64,000 nucleotides of DNA, from IMG/VR virus record IMGVR_UViG_3300045988_183539; one strand, given 5' to 3'. The translations under genes were made by a program, and so were the position numbers. A model generated the notes under the pieces. That model saw only the letters and a program-made list of their open reading frames with translations. It searched no databases and was not told the DNA's origin. This stretch comes from a virus. Below are positions 20,878 through 30,889 of the stretch, piece after piece (position 1 is the first letter of the stretch; each line of letters opens with the position of its first letter).

Positions 20878-21408
20878 ATGATGGGAAAACAGCATTTAAC
20901 ATTTGGATTAGCTACAGGAGTAATAACAATATTTACACTAAAAGAATTAGGTTTTACAGAAGTCTGGAATAATTCCTTTTGTTTATTAACACTTACAGGA
21001 TTAGGTTCATTACTTCCAGATATAGATTACCCTTACACAACATTAGGAAAGAAAGTAAAACCTATCAGTAATCTTTTATATAAGACTATAGGACATAGAA
21101 CTTATACCCACGACTTATTTTTAATGATAATAATAATGGCTTTAAGTATATATAAGTATAATAATATATTTATGTATTTTTTATGGCTTGGAATATTAGG
21201 ACATTTATTTTTAGATAGTCTTACAGCAAAGGGTATTCCTTTTTTATATCTTTTTAATAAGAAAAACATACATCTAACACCATACAGATTTAGATTTAAT
21301 TCAAACAGTTTTAGGGCAAAAATAATAACAATATTTTTTTGCTTTTTATATGGTTACATAAATTATTGTATTTTAAAATATTTAGATATTCCTTTAAGTA
21401 TTACTTAA
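20878..21408 (+). CDS. YdjM/DUF457-family membrane-bound metal-dependent hydrolase
   Basis: MMGKQHLTFGLATG start, HRTYTHDLF and GHLFLDSLT His motifs between TM helices. ATG at 20878 chosen over the TTG track start 20767. Confidence 0.55.
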   Translation: MMGKQHLTFGLATGVITIFTLKELGFTEVWNNSFCLLTLTGLGSLLPDIDYPYTTLGKKVKPISNLLYKTIGHRTYTHDLFLMIIIMALSIYKYNNIFMYFLWLGILGHLFLDSLTAKGIPFLYLFNKKNIHLTPYRFRFNSNSFRAKIITIFFCFLYGYINYCILKYLDIPLSIT

Positions 21409-21496
21409 GGGAATATTTTTTTTGTAAAAAATATTACTTTTTTTTGCTTAAAAAAAAATCAATTGCATTATTTTTATATAATCATTAATTAAATTA

Positions 21497-21517
21497 ATGA
21501 TTACTCCTTTCTTTTTG
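21497..21517. promoter_or_regulatory. perfect 9-bp inverted repeat ATCATTAAT-TAA-ATTAATGAT
   Basis: Seen directly; lies in the 260-bp intergenic region beside the tRNA-like fragment. Confidence 0.4.
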
Positions 21518-21561
21518 GTATTTTATTTTTAAAACTTTTCTAACTTATATATTAGAAAATA

Positions 21562-21611
21562 CGCACTACTTTTAAATGGAAGATATTTAGGTTCGAGTCC
21601 TAATAGTGTGT
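21562..21611 (+). other. tRNA 3'-half-like fragment (acceptor strand + T-arm GGTTCGAGTCC + 3' acceptor)
   Basis: ttagg-TTCGAGT-cctaa T-arm followed by tagtgtg, which pairs with the upstream cgcacta. D and anticodon arms are absent, so it is not a full tRNA. Confidence 0.45.
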
Positions 21612-21671
21612 TTTAGGTTTTTATTAATAATTTAAAATCTAAAATACAAAGATATTGAAAGGAATAAAAAA

Positions 21672-21878
21672 ATGCACGAAATAGTTGAACATTATGGAAA
21701 GGTTATTTTAGCTCTTTTTGCTATTGCCGCAATTCTTTTATTAGCAGGATATGTAGTTTTTACAATTACAAAGAAGACAAAGACATCTGTAGATAGTATT
21801 GATTACGAAGATGCTAAAACAAAGGTAAGCGAGGCTTGGGGAGACAACACAAATCCAACAACTCCAAATGGAAATTAA
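21672..21878 (+). CDS. Flp/Fap-type pilin-like small protein
   Basis: 68 aa; E-x-YG motif (IVEHYGKVILALFAIAAILLLAG) then a hydrophobic helix; sits upstream of the TadA-like ATPase. Confidence 0.5.
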   Translation: MHEIVEHYGKVILALFAIAAILLLAGYVVFTITKKTKTSVDSIDYEDAKTKVSEAWGDNTNPTTPNGN

Positions 21879-21989
21879 TAAATAACAGAAGACTAAAAAA
21901 AGAAAAAGAGAAAATAATTATATATTAATAAACAATTAGTATATTATTTAATTTTCTCTTTTTTTAAAAATTAAAGGGAGAAAAATTTA

Positions 21990-23105
21990 ATGGAAAATAC
22001 AAATACATCTTTAACATTAGATGAAATAATAGAAAAGAACAGAAAAGATTTATTTTCAGAATTAAATGAATTCTTAGATAATGAAAAGATAACAGATATT
22101 GAATGGGATGGCGAACATTTATGGATAACAGAGTTAGGAAAAGGCTGTTATCCTGTTGATAAAAAATTATCTATAGATTTTGTGAATAATTTAAGTATCA
22201 GATTATCAAATATAATGAAAACTAATTTTAATGCTTTAAACCCTATATTGGAAGCACATACAAAAGAATTAAGAATATCAATCTTTCACGAAAGCAGAAC
22301 TGGGGAAAAATCTATAACTATTAGGAAAATTCCTACAAATATAAGATATAACCACGAAAAATTAGTAAAAGATAATACAATCCCAGAAGAATTATTAAAC
22401 CTATTAGAAAATTGTGTTAAAGCACATTGTAATATAGTTGTTGGAGGAAGACCTCACGCAGGAAAAACAGAATTAGTTAAATACTTATCTAATTTTATAC
22501 CAGCAAATGAGAAAGTAGTGACATTAGAGGATAATGCAGAAATCCATTATAGAGAAATACATCCTAATAGAAAGAGTGTATCATTTTTAGTTGATGATAA
22601 AGTAACATATTCAGATGCTATTAAGGCTTGTTTGAGACATAATGCTGATTGGTTACTATTATCTGAAGCAAGAGGACCAGAGATTATTGAACTTCTTAAT
22701 GCACTTAGTACAGGAAGTTATTGTATGACGACAGTACACGTAGATGGAGCTAAAGACATTCCTGATAGAATGTATAATATGCTTAATAATAGTAGTATAA
22801 ATGAAAGATTTATCAATAACATATATCGTTATATGGATGTAGGAATAATAATAAAAGCTGATAAAAAAGAAAACAGAATTATATCAGAAGTTGGATTTTT
22901 TAACAGAGCAAATGTTAAGAATGAAGATGGAGAATATGAAATGCAGAACATTTATACACCTTTTTATAATACATTTGAAGGGTTAAAAGATAAAGATAAG
23001 TTACCTATAAATATCCAAAGAGCATTTGTAAGAGAAAATATTAAAAATCCATTTGAAAAACCAGAAATTACTGATGAAATAAAGGAAGTTTCTGTAAATG
23101 GTTAA
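21990..23105 (+). CDS. TadA/CpaF/VirB11-family secretion ATPase
   Basis: Walker A VVGGRPHAGKTE, Walker B/Asp box WLLLSEARGPE, 371 aa. Confidence 0.7.
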   Translation: MENTNTSLTLDEIIEKNRKDLFSELNEFLDNEKITDIEWDGEHLWITELGKGCYPVDKKLSIDFVNNLSIRLSNIMKTNFNALNPILEAHTKELRISIFHESRTGEKSITIRKIPTNIRYNHEKLVKDNTIPEELLNLLENCVKAHCNIVVGGRPHAGKTELVKYLSNFIPANEKVVTLEDNAEIHYREIHPNRKSVSFLVDDKVTYSDAIKACLRHNADWLLLSEARGPEIIELLNALSTGSYCMTTVHVDGAKDIPDRMYNMLNNSSINERFINNIYRYMDVGIIIKADKKENRIISEVGFFNRANVKNEDGEYEMQNIYTPFYNTFEGLKDKDKLPINIQRAFVRENIKNPFEKPEITDEIKEVSVNG

Positions 23106-24597
23106 TACATTTAATAAAATAAAAGATTATTTCTCTTTAAAGCAGATGAAAAAAGAAATCTATGGTTATGGTTATACTGTATCAGGAATAAAATATTTAT
23201 TAATGACAATTATAAGTATATTAATAACAATAGGTTTTAGCTTATTATATCAAATGCAGATTGGCTATACAATAATAGTTGCGTTCCTATCTTTTGCTGT
23301 TATTCCTTTACTAATAAGAGCAAAATTTATTAATTTATATCAGAAAAAACGATTTAATGAAGTAGATATATATTTACATCAGATGGTTTATTCATTTCAG
23401 AAAAAACCTAAGATATTAACAGCTCTTGAAGATACAGTAAAAGTAAGTACAGGTAAATTAAAAAAGACCTTAGAAATAGCTATTGAAAACTTATATACAA
23501 GTTCTTCTGAAAGTTTGTATGAAGAGTCATTTAAAATAATAGAAAAAGAATATAATAATTCCAGAGTAAAAGCGTTAAACAAATATATGTTAAATATAGA
23601 AAAAACAGGTGGAGAGTATTCTAATTCTATTAATATTATGCTTGTAGATATTGATAGCTGGATAAATAGAACATATATGGAACAAGCAGAAGTAGAACGT
23701 ATTAAATTTACCAATATGATAGGTTTATTAATAGGCTTTATAATGGGTAGCGTTTGTTCAATTTTTTCTTATTATATGAACCATAGCCAATATGTATCTG
23801 TAAATGGAAGTGTAGCTGATGATGTATTATATCAGATTGGATGTTTAGTATTTTTAGTTGTATGTGTATTATTTTATACATATACACAAGTTGGATATAA
23901 CAGAGATTGGGTATCCAAAGAATTAAATAAAAAAACAGTAATGAAAGATTATAAAACAGCAACAGAATTTAATCCTAACAAGCTTAGAATAATGAGTATA
24001 CCAATATATATATTTTTCATTATTTTAGCAATAGTTATATATTTTATAAAGGCAATTCCTTTTAGAGGATTTATTTCTATAGGTCTTATAGCTTTTGATA
24101 TATATTTAATAATATCACCTAAATTACAAAAAAATGGAGCTGTTGCAAGAACCAAAAAGAACATTCAGAATAGTTTCTCAGAATGGTTAAGAGATGTTTC
24201 ATTGAATTTACAAAAAGAACCATTGTTGTCTGCTATTCAGGATACATATGATGAATGTCCTGTAGTATTAAAACCAGAATTAGAATTATTTTTAACAAGA
24301 ATAGAAGAAAATCCAACAGCAGTAGAACCATATTATGAATTTTTAGCAAGATTTCGTATTTTAGATATAAGTTCTGCCATTAGAAATTTATATTCTATCT
24401 CAGACAATAATTCAGAAGATATGGATAAACAGTTAAATTCTTTAATAGAAAGAAATTATAGTATTATAAATAAAAATGAAATAGCATCATATGAAGATAG
24501 AAATGCAGCACTGCATTTTTCTGAAAACATTCCTATAATTATAGCCAGTATTAAGTTGGGAATTGATATGTTAGCTTTAATTTCAATATTTATTTAA
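23098..24597 (+). CDS. TadB/TadC (GspF-like) polytopic membrane protein
   Basis: 499 aa with two clusters of TM helices separated by cytoplasmic domains; overlaps the ATPase stop by 8 nt. Confidence 0.5.
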   Translation: MVNTFNKIKDYFSLKQMKKEIYGYGYTVSGIKYLLMTIISILITIGFSLLYQMQIGYTIIVAFLSFAVIPLLIRAKFINLYQKKRFNEVDIYLHQMVYSFQKKPKILTALEDTVKVSTGKLKKTLEIAIENLYTSSSESLYEESFKIIEKEYNNSRVKALNKYMLNIEKTGGEYSNSINIMLVDIDSWINRTYMEQAEVERIKFTNMIGLLIGFIMGSVCSIFSYYMNHSQYVSVNGSVADDVLYQIGCLVFLVVCVLFYTYTQVGYNRDWVSKELNKKTVMKDYKTATEFNPNKLRIMSIPIYIFFIILAIVIYFIKAIPFRGFISIGLIAFDIYLIISPKLQKNGAVARTKKNIQNSFSEWLRDVSLNLQKEPLLSAIQDTYDECPVVLKPELELFLTRIEENPTAVEPYYEFLARFRILDISSAIRNLYSISDNNSEDMDKQLNSLIERNYSIINKNEIASYEDRNAALHFSENIPIIIASIKLGIDMLALISIFI

Positions 24598-24674
24598 TGA
24601 TTTTATTATATTACTAACATAGTTATAAAATAGCTGTGTTAGTAATTATTATAAATAGAAAAGAGGAAAAATAA

Positions 24675-24785
24675 ATGCATACATTAATAGATAATTTTTC
24701 AGACATATTAGTTGCTTTAATAGTAAATAGTGGAGTAATAATAATATTTTTATATTGTTTATTTAAGGTTATGGGAGGTTTTTAG
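24675..24785 (+). CDS. 36-aa hydrophobic peptide (minor pilin-like)
   Basis: AAGAGGAAAA RBS; not in the ORF track because it is under 60 aa. Confidence 0.3.
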   Translation: MHTLIDNFSDILVALIVNSGVIIIFLYCLFKVMGGF

Positions 24786-24791
24786 AATTAT

Positions 24792-24929
24792 ATGAATGAA
24801 ATATTAGAAGTTTATGGAGAAAATTTAATAGAAATGCTGGGAGTTATTGCTGGAATTTCATTAGTTATTGTATTAATGATAAATTATGGGGAAACAATCC
24901 AGCAGATATTAAATGGCATTTTTATATAA
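24792..24929 (+). CDS. 45-aa Flp-type pilin-like peptide
   Basis: ILEVYGENLIEMLGVIAGISLVIVLMI repeats the E-x-YG plus hydrophobic pattern of 21672. Confidence 0.4.
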   Translation: MNEILEVYGENLIEMLGVIAGISLVIVLMINYGETIQQILNGIFI

Positions 24930-24950
24930 AAATAAAAGGATAAATGAAAT

Positions 24951-25442
24951 ATGAAAAGTATTATAGAAAGCAGTATTTATTTATTTCTTATGGCATTAAT
25001 TTGTGGTATCTCAGTACAATTTATTTTGATGAATGAAAGAGTAACAAAAGTAAATGAAGTAGCTTCATATATTGAAAATTATACAGAAGCTAATGGAATA
25101 TGTGAAACAGAAGAAGTAGAAATAGATGGTAAAAAGATAAATAAAATAATATATTACAAATATGATAATGCAAACAATATAGTAAAAGCAACAGAAGAAG
25201 AAATAAATAATAAGGATATTTTAACATTTCCTAAAATACAAGATGATAAAATAGAAGCATTAAAAAATATAACTAAAGATTATGGTTTTAAAATAGATTT
25301 TAAATATATTTCCCCAACAAGCAACTATGGATATATGGATTATACAGTAACATACTATTTAGGTAATAGCTTATTAGGATTTGGAAAAACACACACATAT
25401 TCAGGTTTAGCAAGATTTTCATTAGTAGAGCAGGGAGTGTGA
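24951..25442 (+). CDS. TadE/pseudopilin-like protein with N-terminal TM segment
   Basis: 163 aa with an N-terminal hydrophobic helix and a position after the Tad core. Confidence 0.4.
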   Translation: MKSIIESSIYLFLMALICGISVQFILMNERVTKVNEVASYIENYTEANGICETEEVEIDGKKINKIIYYKYDNANNIVKATEEEINNKDILTFPKIQDDKIEALKNITKDYGFKIDFKYISPTSNYGYMDYTVTYYLGNSLLGFGKTHTYSGLARFSLVEQGV

Positions 25443-25446
25443 TTTT

Positions 25447-25905
25447 ATGAGAACAACAATTACAACCTCTACTTTATTAGTATCATTAGTTATAATAGTA
25501 TTAATTCATTGTACATTAATAGGACATAATGCTAGAGAAAATGAAATATCATCTGGATTAAATAGTTCAATAGATTATGCTTATGGGAAAATGATGGACT
25601 ATTATGAGGATAAAGAGTTTATAGATAAATATGTAGAAACAGACCCTTTTGGGTTTGCTAAATATGATGAAAATAATAAGTTAATATTTAAAATAGATGT
25701 AGAAACTGTAAAGAAAGAATTAGTAAACAAATTCTGTGAAATCTTGCAACAAAGATTAGGTTCAGATGGAAAAATAAAAGTACAAGTATTATATATGGAT
25801 TTAGATGAAGGTACTTTTCAAGTAAATGTTACTGAATATTATGCTTATCCATTATCAAGTAAAACAGGAGCTTGTATGTACGAAAAAACATATACTTTAT
25901 ATTAA
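25447..25905 (+). CDS. pseudopilin-like protein with N-terminal TM segment
   Basis: 152 aa, N-terminal hydrophobic helix, 4-nt gap from the previous gene. Confidence 0.4.
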   Translation: MRTTITTSTLLVSLVIIVLIHCTLIGHNARENEISSGLNSSIDYAYGKMMDYYEDKEFIDKYVETDPFGFAKYDENNKLIFKIDVETVKKELVNKFCEILQQRLGSDGKIKVQVLYMDLDEGTFQVNVTEYYAYPLSSKTGACMYEKTYTLY

Positions 25906-26017
25906 GATTAGGAGTAATTAACTCTTAATCTTTTTTTATAATTTATTGTTAAAAGTCGCAATAATTAAATAAAACTACATTATTATATTTATATTAAAAA
26001 TAAAGAAAGGTGTAAAA

Positions 26018-27286
26018 ATGGAAAAAATAAAATATTCAGCTAGTGAAAAAAAGAATAGACATTTGTTATTTGAAACTAATAAAAATTTATTTATTACAGG
26101 AGCAGGAGGTACAGGAAAATCTACTTTTCTAAATGAATTTATAGAAAAGAACCCTAATACAATAGTAACAGCTCCAACAGGAATAGCGGCTGTAAATATA
26201 GGAGGAGTAACAACTTTTAATGCTTTTAGTATACCAATACCTTGTTTTGGAGCTACAACAAATAAACTGACTGAAGCAAAATTAAAGAAGATAATTATGG
26301 TTGATAATGTAATTATTGATGAAATAAGTATGTGCAGAGTAGATGCTTTTGTTTATATCACAAAGGTAATTAAAAAAGCTGAAAAGATAAAAGGTAAGAA
26401 GATAAGAATTATTGTTAGTGGGGATTTCTCACAGCTTCCTCCTGTAATTACAGATGAAGATGCTAAAATGTTAAAAAAATTTGGTTTTCATAAGTCTGGG
26501 TTGCCTTTTACTTGTAAAGAGTGGGAAAATTGTCATTTTACTACTATAGAGCTTACAGAAGTTAAAAGACAGGATAATCTTGAATTTATAGAAAACTTAA
26601 ATAAAGCCAGATTAGCAGATAAAAAATGTATAACATATTTTAATCAGTTTGTAACAGATGAAATTCCAGATGATTGTATTCATATATGTGGAACTAACGC
26701 AGAAAGTTCTAAACTTAATAAAGAATATTTGGACTCATTAGAGGGTATGCCATATGCGTATCAGGCAGTAAAACAAGGAAGAACTACAGGAGCATATGTA
26801 GATGATATTATTATTCTTAAAGATGGAGCAAATGTATATTTTACAGTCAATGATATATACGAGCATAAATATGTTAATGGAACATTTGGAAAAATACATA
26901 AATGTTTTAATGACCATATAGAAGTAGAAGTTGATGAAGAAATAATAGATGTTTACCCACACAGATATTCGGTTTATAATTATAAAATTATAAATGGAGT
27001 ATTAAAGAAAGAAGAAATTGGTTCAGTTTTACAAATGCCTTTAAAATTAGCTAAAGCAATTACTGTGCATAAATCCCAAGGCAAAACTTTTAATAAAGAA
27101 GTGTTTACACCTAAAATATTCGCAGCAGGACAGGCTTATGTTGCATTAAGCAGAGTAAGAAATCCTGAAGGTTTATTTTTAACAGAACCTTTACTTCCAG
27201 AACAATTAATGTCAGACAGAACAGTACTTAAATTTTATAAAAATAATTATAAATTTGAAAGTAATCGTAAAAAAACAGAAAAATAA
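26018..27286 (+). CDS. Pif1/RecD-family (AAA_30 + UvrD_C_2) DNA helicase
   Basis: ITGAGGTGKST Walker A, APTGIAAVNIGG, IIDEISM Walker B, TVHKSQGKTF, AAGQAYVALSRVRNPEGLF C-terminal motif. Confidence 0.75.
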   Translation: MEKIKYSASEKKNRHLLFETNKNLFITGAGGTGKSTFLNEFIEKNPNTIVTAPTGIAAVNIGGVTTFNAFSIPIPCFGATTNKLTEAKLKKIIMVDNVIIDEISMCRVDAFVYITKVIKKAEKIKGKKIRIIVSGDFSQLPPVITDEDAKMLKKFGFHKSGLPFTCKEWENCHFTTIELTEVKRQDNLEFIENLNKARLADKKCITYFNQFVTDEIPDDCIHICGTNAESSKLNKEYLDSLEGMPYAYQAVKQGRTTGAYVDDIIILKDGANVYFTVNDIYEHKYVNGTFGKIHKCFNDHIEVEVDEEIIDVYPHRYSVYNYKIINGVLKKEEIGSVLQMPLKLAKAITVHKSQGKTFNKEVFTPKIFAAGQAYVALSRVRNPEGLFLTEPLLPEQLMSDRTVLKFYKNNYKFESNRKKTEK

Positions 27287-27312
27287 TACAAATATATTGA
27301 TGAAAATTATAA

Positions 27313-27355
27313 AAGACCTTTAAAGTATATTTAACTTTAGAGGTCTTATTTTTTA
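27313..27355. terminator. bidirectional hairpin terminator between convergent genes
   Basis: aagacct...aggtctt stem with a T-run. Confidence 0.5.
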
Positions 27356-27363
27356 ATAAGTTT

Positions 27364-27507
27364 TTAATGTGTATTTTTAAGATATAGCTTAATATATTCT
27401 CTTGTTTTAGGGTCACAATGTAATTCATCAATAGATTTCTTTCCTGATTTTACATCTTCAACAGCTTGTTTGAAAAATTCATCTTTAATTAAATCATTAT
27501 TATCCAT
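27364..27507 (-). CDS. hypothetical 47-aa protein
   Basis: GGAGA RBS 8 nt upstream on the - strand; not in the track (under 60 aa). Confidence 0.3.
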   Translation of the reverse strand: MDNNDLIKDEFFKQAVEDVKSGKKSIDELHCDPKTREYIKLYLKNTH

Positions 27508-27526
27508 ATAAAAAATCTCCTTATTT

Positions 27527-28558
27527 TTACTCTAATTCATAATTACAATCATCATTATGAGTAATATTTATATCTATAATATTGTTATTACAATTTTTTT
27601 TAGCTGTTTTTTGGTCTTGTAACAATTTTTTTGCTTTATATAAAAACGTAGGATTATTTTTAATTTGAGCTTTATTCATATTGTTAATTATATCATTAAT
27701 TTCATTCATAGATAGTATAGTAATATCATATTTTTTACTAAAGCTATTGTTAGGTATAAAATTAGGATTGTATGTATTATATTCTTGTGTTTCTAATATT
27801 TCCTGTTTCGTTTCTTTATTAAGATATTTTGATACTTCTTTTTCGTTAAGGGATTTTCCCTGATATAATGCTAATATACATATATCATACATAATAGTAG
27901 CTTCTAAGTCATTAGCTGGCTTTATATGGTCATATATATTAAGATAACAAGTATCTATTAAAGTAAATATTTCTTTGTCAGATAAGGATATATTATATAA
28001 TTCTCGAAAGTTTTGTAATTTAATTTGAACTATGTCATCATATTTTTCTGTTATTTTTAAAACATTTTCATAGGCATAGTTAAAAGCTTCACGTTCTAAT
28101 GAACATAAAACATAAAAACATAAAGCAATTTCTTTACTCTTTATATATAGATTGTTATAATCATTTATATATAAATATGCTTTTTTAGACTGTATATAAA
28201 ATACATCATTAAATTGTATTATTTTGTTAAGTTTAAAAAACGAATTAGTTTCTATTAATTTATTTTGATGACTGTGATATAATTCGTGATATAAGGTGTT
28301 ATATAATACATAACAATTGTCATCTCTATTAGATGTTAAAAGGTCTGCATTAATTTTTATAATCTTATCATCATAAGAAAAAAATCCATTTATATCTGGA
28401 GAATTAAAGTTTTTAATAATAAGTTTAGAACAGTTATTTGGAATATTTTTCTTTATTTTATCAAAAAGGGAAAAAGTTATTTTTTCTTTACGATTAATAG
28501 ATAATATTTTCCAATTTTTAGAAGTGAAATAATCTTCAAGCTTACGTTTAAAAAACAT
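27527..28558 (-). CDS. hypothetical protein with HExxH motif (possible zinc metalloprotease-like)
   Basis: 343 aa; YHELYHSHQN contains HELYH. Confidence 0.45.
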   Translation of the reverse strand: MFFKRKLEDYFTSKNWKILSINRKEKITFSLFDKIKKNIPNNCSKLIIKNFNSPDINGFFSYDDKIIKINADLLTSNRDDNCYVLYNTLYHELYHSHQNKLIETNSFFKLNKIIQFNDVFYIQSKKAYLYINDYNNLYIKSKEIALCFYVLCSLEREAFNYAYENVLKITEKYDDIVQIKLQNFRELYNISLSDKEIFTLIDTCYLNIYDHIKPANDLEATIMYDICILALYQGKSLNEKEVSKYLNKETKQEILETQEYNTYNPNFIPNNSFSKKYDITILSMNEINDIINNMNKAQIKNNPTFLYKAKKLLQDQKTAKKNCNNNIIDINITHNDDCNYELE

Positions 28559-28570
28559 AATAGTTCTCCT

Positions 28571-28912
28571 TTATACATATAAATAAAAAAACGAATGTAA
28601 ATATTTTTCTTTATCTTTGTAATTATTTTTACAATAATCATTAAAATAAGGCAAACACATTATAAAATCGTGAATTTGGTTAAAATTATAATCTGAATAC
28701 ATTATATCCCTAATAGATAATCCTTTCACCTTAATATCACTAATATTTTTATTATTTAGCCATTCATAAAAATTAGGAAGGCATTTATCTGGTATATATT
28801 CAGTTCTATTTTTTATAAGCCTTATGGCTTCATCTTCATCATAATCATATCCATCATCATAGGATTGTAATTTTAATATCATTCTTTCTTTTAAATCTTT
28901 AGGTATGGTCAT
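28571..28912 (-). CDS. hypothetical 113-aa protein
   Basis: ORF track. Confidence 0.45.
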   Translation of the reverse strand: MTIPKDLKERMILKLQSYDDGYDYDEDEAIRLIKNRTEYIPDKCLPNFYEWLNNKNISDIKVKGLSIRDIMYSDYNFNQIHDFIMCLPYFNDYCKNNYKDKEKYLHSFFYLYV

Positions 28913-29013
28913 AATTTTTATTTCTCCTTTTATTTTTTATTAAATTGTTTATATGTCTGGTATTATTTTTTCTGTATTTTGTTATCATAATATCTTGATT
29001 AAAATATAAATAA

Positions 29014-29580
29014 TTACTTATTATTGATTTCCTTTTCTTTATTAAAAAATGCTAACCCTATACAAATACTGTCAGCAATATCGTCACTAACATCTATATC
29101 GTATATTTGTTTTACTAATTCGATAGCTCTATTTTTTAATTCTTTTCTTTTTAATTTTACTTTATTTTCTGAATTAGGTATTCCTACAGCTTTTCTCCAA
29201 ACAGTAGGAGAGTAGAAATATATCAAACATCTCTTATGTTCTATTGAATAACTAAGAACTAAGCCTTGTATATGACATAACTTTTTATAAGCATATCCAT
29301 CTTTTCCCATATAAGTATCTTCAATAACTATTACTTTAGGTTTATATTTTTTTAGATAAATATTAATTCCTTTTATCATTTCAATTATTCGATAATCCAT
29401 ATTTTTCTTTTTTATTTCATTTTCCTCTTGTTTATTCATATTTTTATTTGTTTCATAAGGATTATCTGGTTTAATATAAGTGTAATCTATAAGTTCTTTT
29501 GTATTATAATCAAAAACAGCAATACCAGTATTTGTTGTACTTCCATCTATGCTGATTAAATATTGCTTTATTTTATTCAT
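29014..29580 (-). CDS. RuvC-family Holliday junction resolvase-like protein
   Basis: N-terminal ISIDGSTTNTGIAVFD (RNase H-like first Asp motif), C-terminal DIADSICIGLAF. Confidence 0.6.
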   Translation of the reverse strand: MNKIKQYLISIDGSTTNTGIAVFDYNTKELIDYTYIKPDNPYETNKNMNKQEENEIKKKNMDYRIIEMIKGINIYLKKYKPKVIVIEDTYMGKDGYAYKKLCHIQGLVLSYSIEHKRCLIYFYSPTVWRKAVGIPNSENKVKLKRKELKNRAIELVKQIYDIDVSDDIADSICIGLAFFNKEKEINNK

Positions 29581-29660
29581 TTGTTTTTATTCCTTTTTTA
29601 ATAATATATATTATCTTTTTTATTTTTAATTTAATGAAAATCAAAAGTAATTTTATATAA

Positions 29661-29725
29661 ATCGAACGGTTGTTCCGGTGCCGAAAATGACTAAACTAGA
29701 TAAAAAGTTTTTAGGGTTTATTTAG
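29661..29725 (+). repeat. copy B of the conserved ~55-nt element
   Basis: ATCGAACggttgttccGGTGCCGAAAaTGACTAAACTAGaTAAAAAGTTTTTAGGG; overlaps the stop of the - strand gene 29711-30001. Confidence 0.7.
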
Positions 29726-30001
29726 AAATAATTCTATAGTATTAATAGCACTACCATTTATAGATATAATTTCTAATTCTTCTAATTCTTTTTTTATATC
29801 AGTAGACATTCTTTTACTAAAAAAATCTTTTGTTCTAAAATCAATAGGATTGTTTAAATATTGCTCTATTTCAATAATACCTAACCTTTTATTGGTTTCT
29901 ATTTCATATAAAACAATATGTGTTGGAGCTATTCTTGAATATGATGAACCATATTTTATTATTAAATTTTCTAAAAATACTATATAATCTTTTAATTTCA
30001 T
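29711..30001 (-). CDS. hypothetical 96-aa protein
   Basis: ORF track. Confidence 0.45.
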   Translation of the reverse strand: MKLKDYIVFLENLIIKYGSSYSRIAPTHIVLYEIETNKRLGIIEIEQYLNNPIDFRTKDFFSKRMSTDIKKELEELEIISINGSAINTIELFLNKP

Positions 30002-30303
30002 ATTAATAAAATACCTTTCTTTGTGTAATAAATATATGTATATGTATGTTTTATATATTTTAAATTATAATAATAATGTCTTTTATTTTATAAATTGTTT
30101 AAATTTTGATGTATATTTTTTGACATTTTTACATTATTATTAAAAACAAAAAATATGATATAAAATATTATTATTTAATTAAGAAAGAAAAATATTATAA
30201 TTATATTTGACAGTAGTAAAATACAGATTTATAAATATAATTAAAGATATTTAATATAAAAATATCCCAAACTATTAATTATATAAAAAGAAAGGAAAAT
30301 ATT

Positions 30304-30783
30304 ATGAGACCTTTTTATGAAATAGAACAAATGATTATTGCTCATTATAATAATGATGATGATAGTTTTAATAGTTTTGCAAGAGCAGTAATAGACTATT
30401 ATAGAAAAGATGGAAATATATTAGGTGCAGAAGAATTAGAAGAAATTATGACAACAGGTCATTTAGAACCAAGAACTAACAGACCTAAATTTTTACAAGA
30501 GACAACTCCTATTTATCCAGAAAAAGATAATAGTGTTTCTGACAATACAAATGATGTTTCTAACATAGAAACAGTAGAAGAAAAGAAAAATGATATTACA
30601 GAAAGTATAGAAGATAATGATATTCAAGAAAAACCTAAAAGGCATAGAAGAACAAAGGCTGAAATGTTATTAGCAAAACAGCAGGAAGAAAATTCTGTTA
30701 AACAAGATAGTACTGTTAAAACTAAGAGACATAGACGTACTAAATCCGAATTACTAGCTGCTGGATATTATAATAATAAATAA
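30304..30783 (+). CDS. hypothetical protein with duplicated KRHRRTK-[AS]E-[ML]L segment
   Basis: 159 aa; AAAGGAAAA RBS; internal direct repeat. Confidence 0.45.
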   Translation: MRPFYEIEQMIIAHYNNDDDSFNSFARAVIDYYRKDGNILGAEELEEIMTTGHLEPRTNRPKFLQETTPIYPEKDNSVSDNTNDVSNIETVEEKKNDITESIEDNDIQEKPKRHRRTKAEMLLAKQQEENSVKQDSTVKTKRHRRTKSELLAAGYYNNK

Positions 30784-30889
30784 ATATCTTTATAAAGAAA
30801 GACTGTATATTGATTATTTAAATAAAATCAATAACACAGTCTTTTTATTATTTTTACAAAAAAGTGGTTTTTATTATCTTAAAAGTGTG

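Noticed and set aside
21562-21611. Calling a complete tRNA gene
   Set aside because: Only an acceptor stem and T-arm can be drawn (about 50 nt). There is no D-arm or anticodon arm, and no matching 5' acceptor strand about 70 nt upstream.
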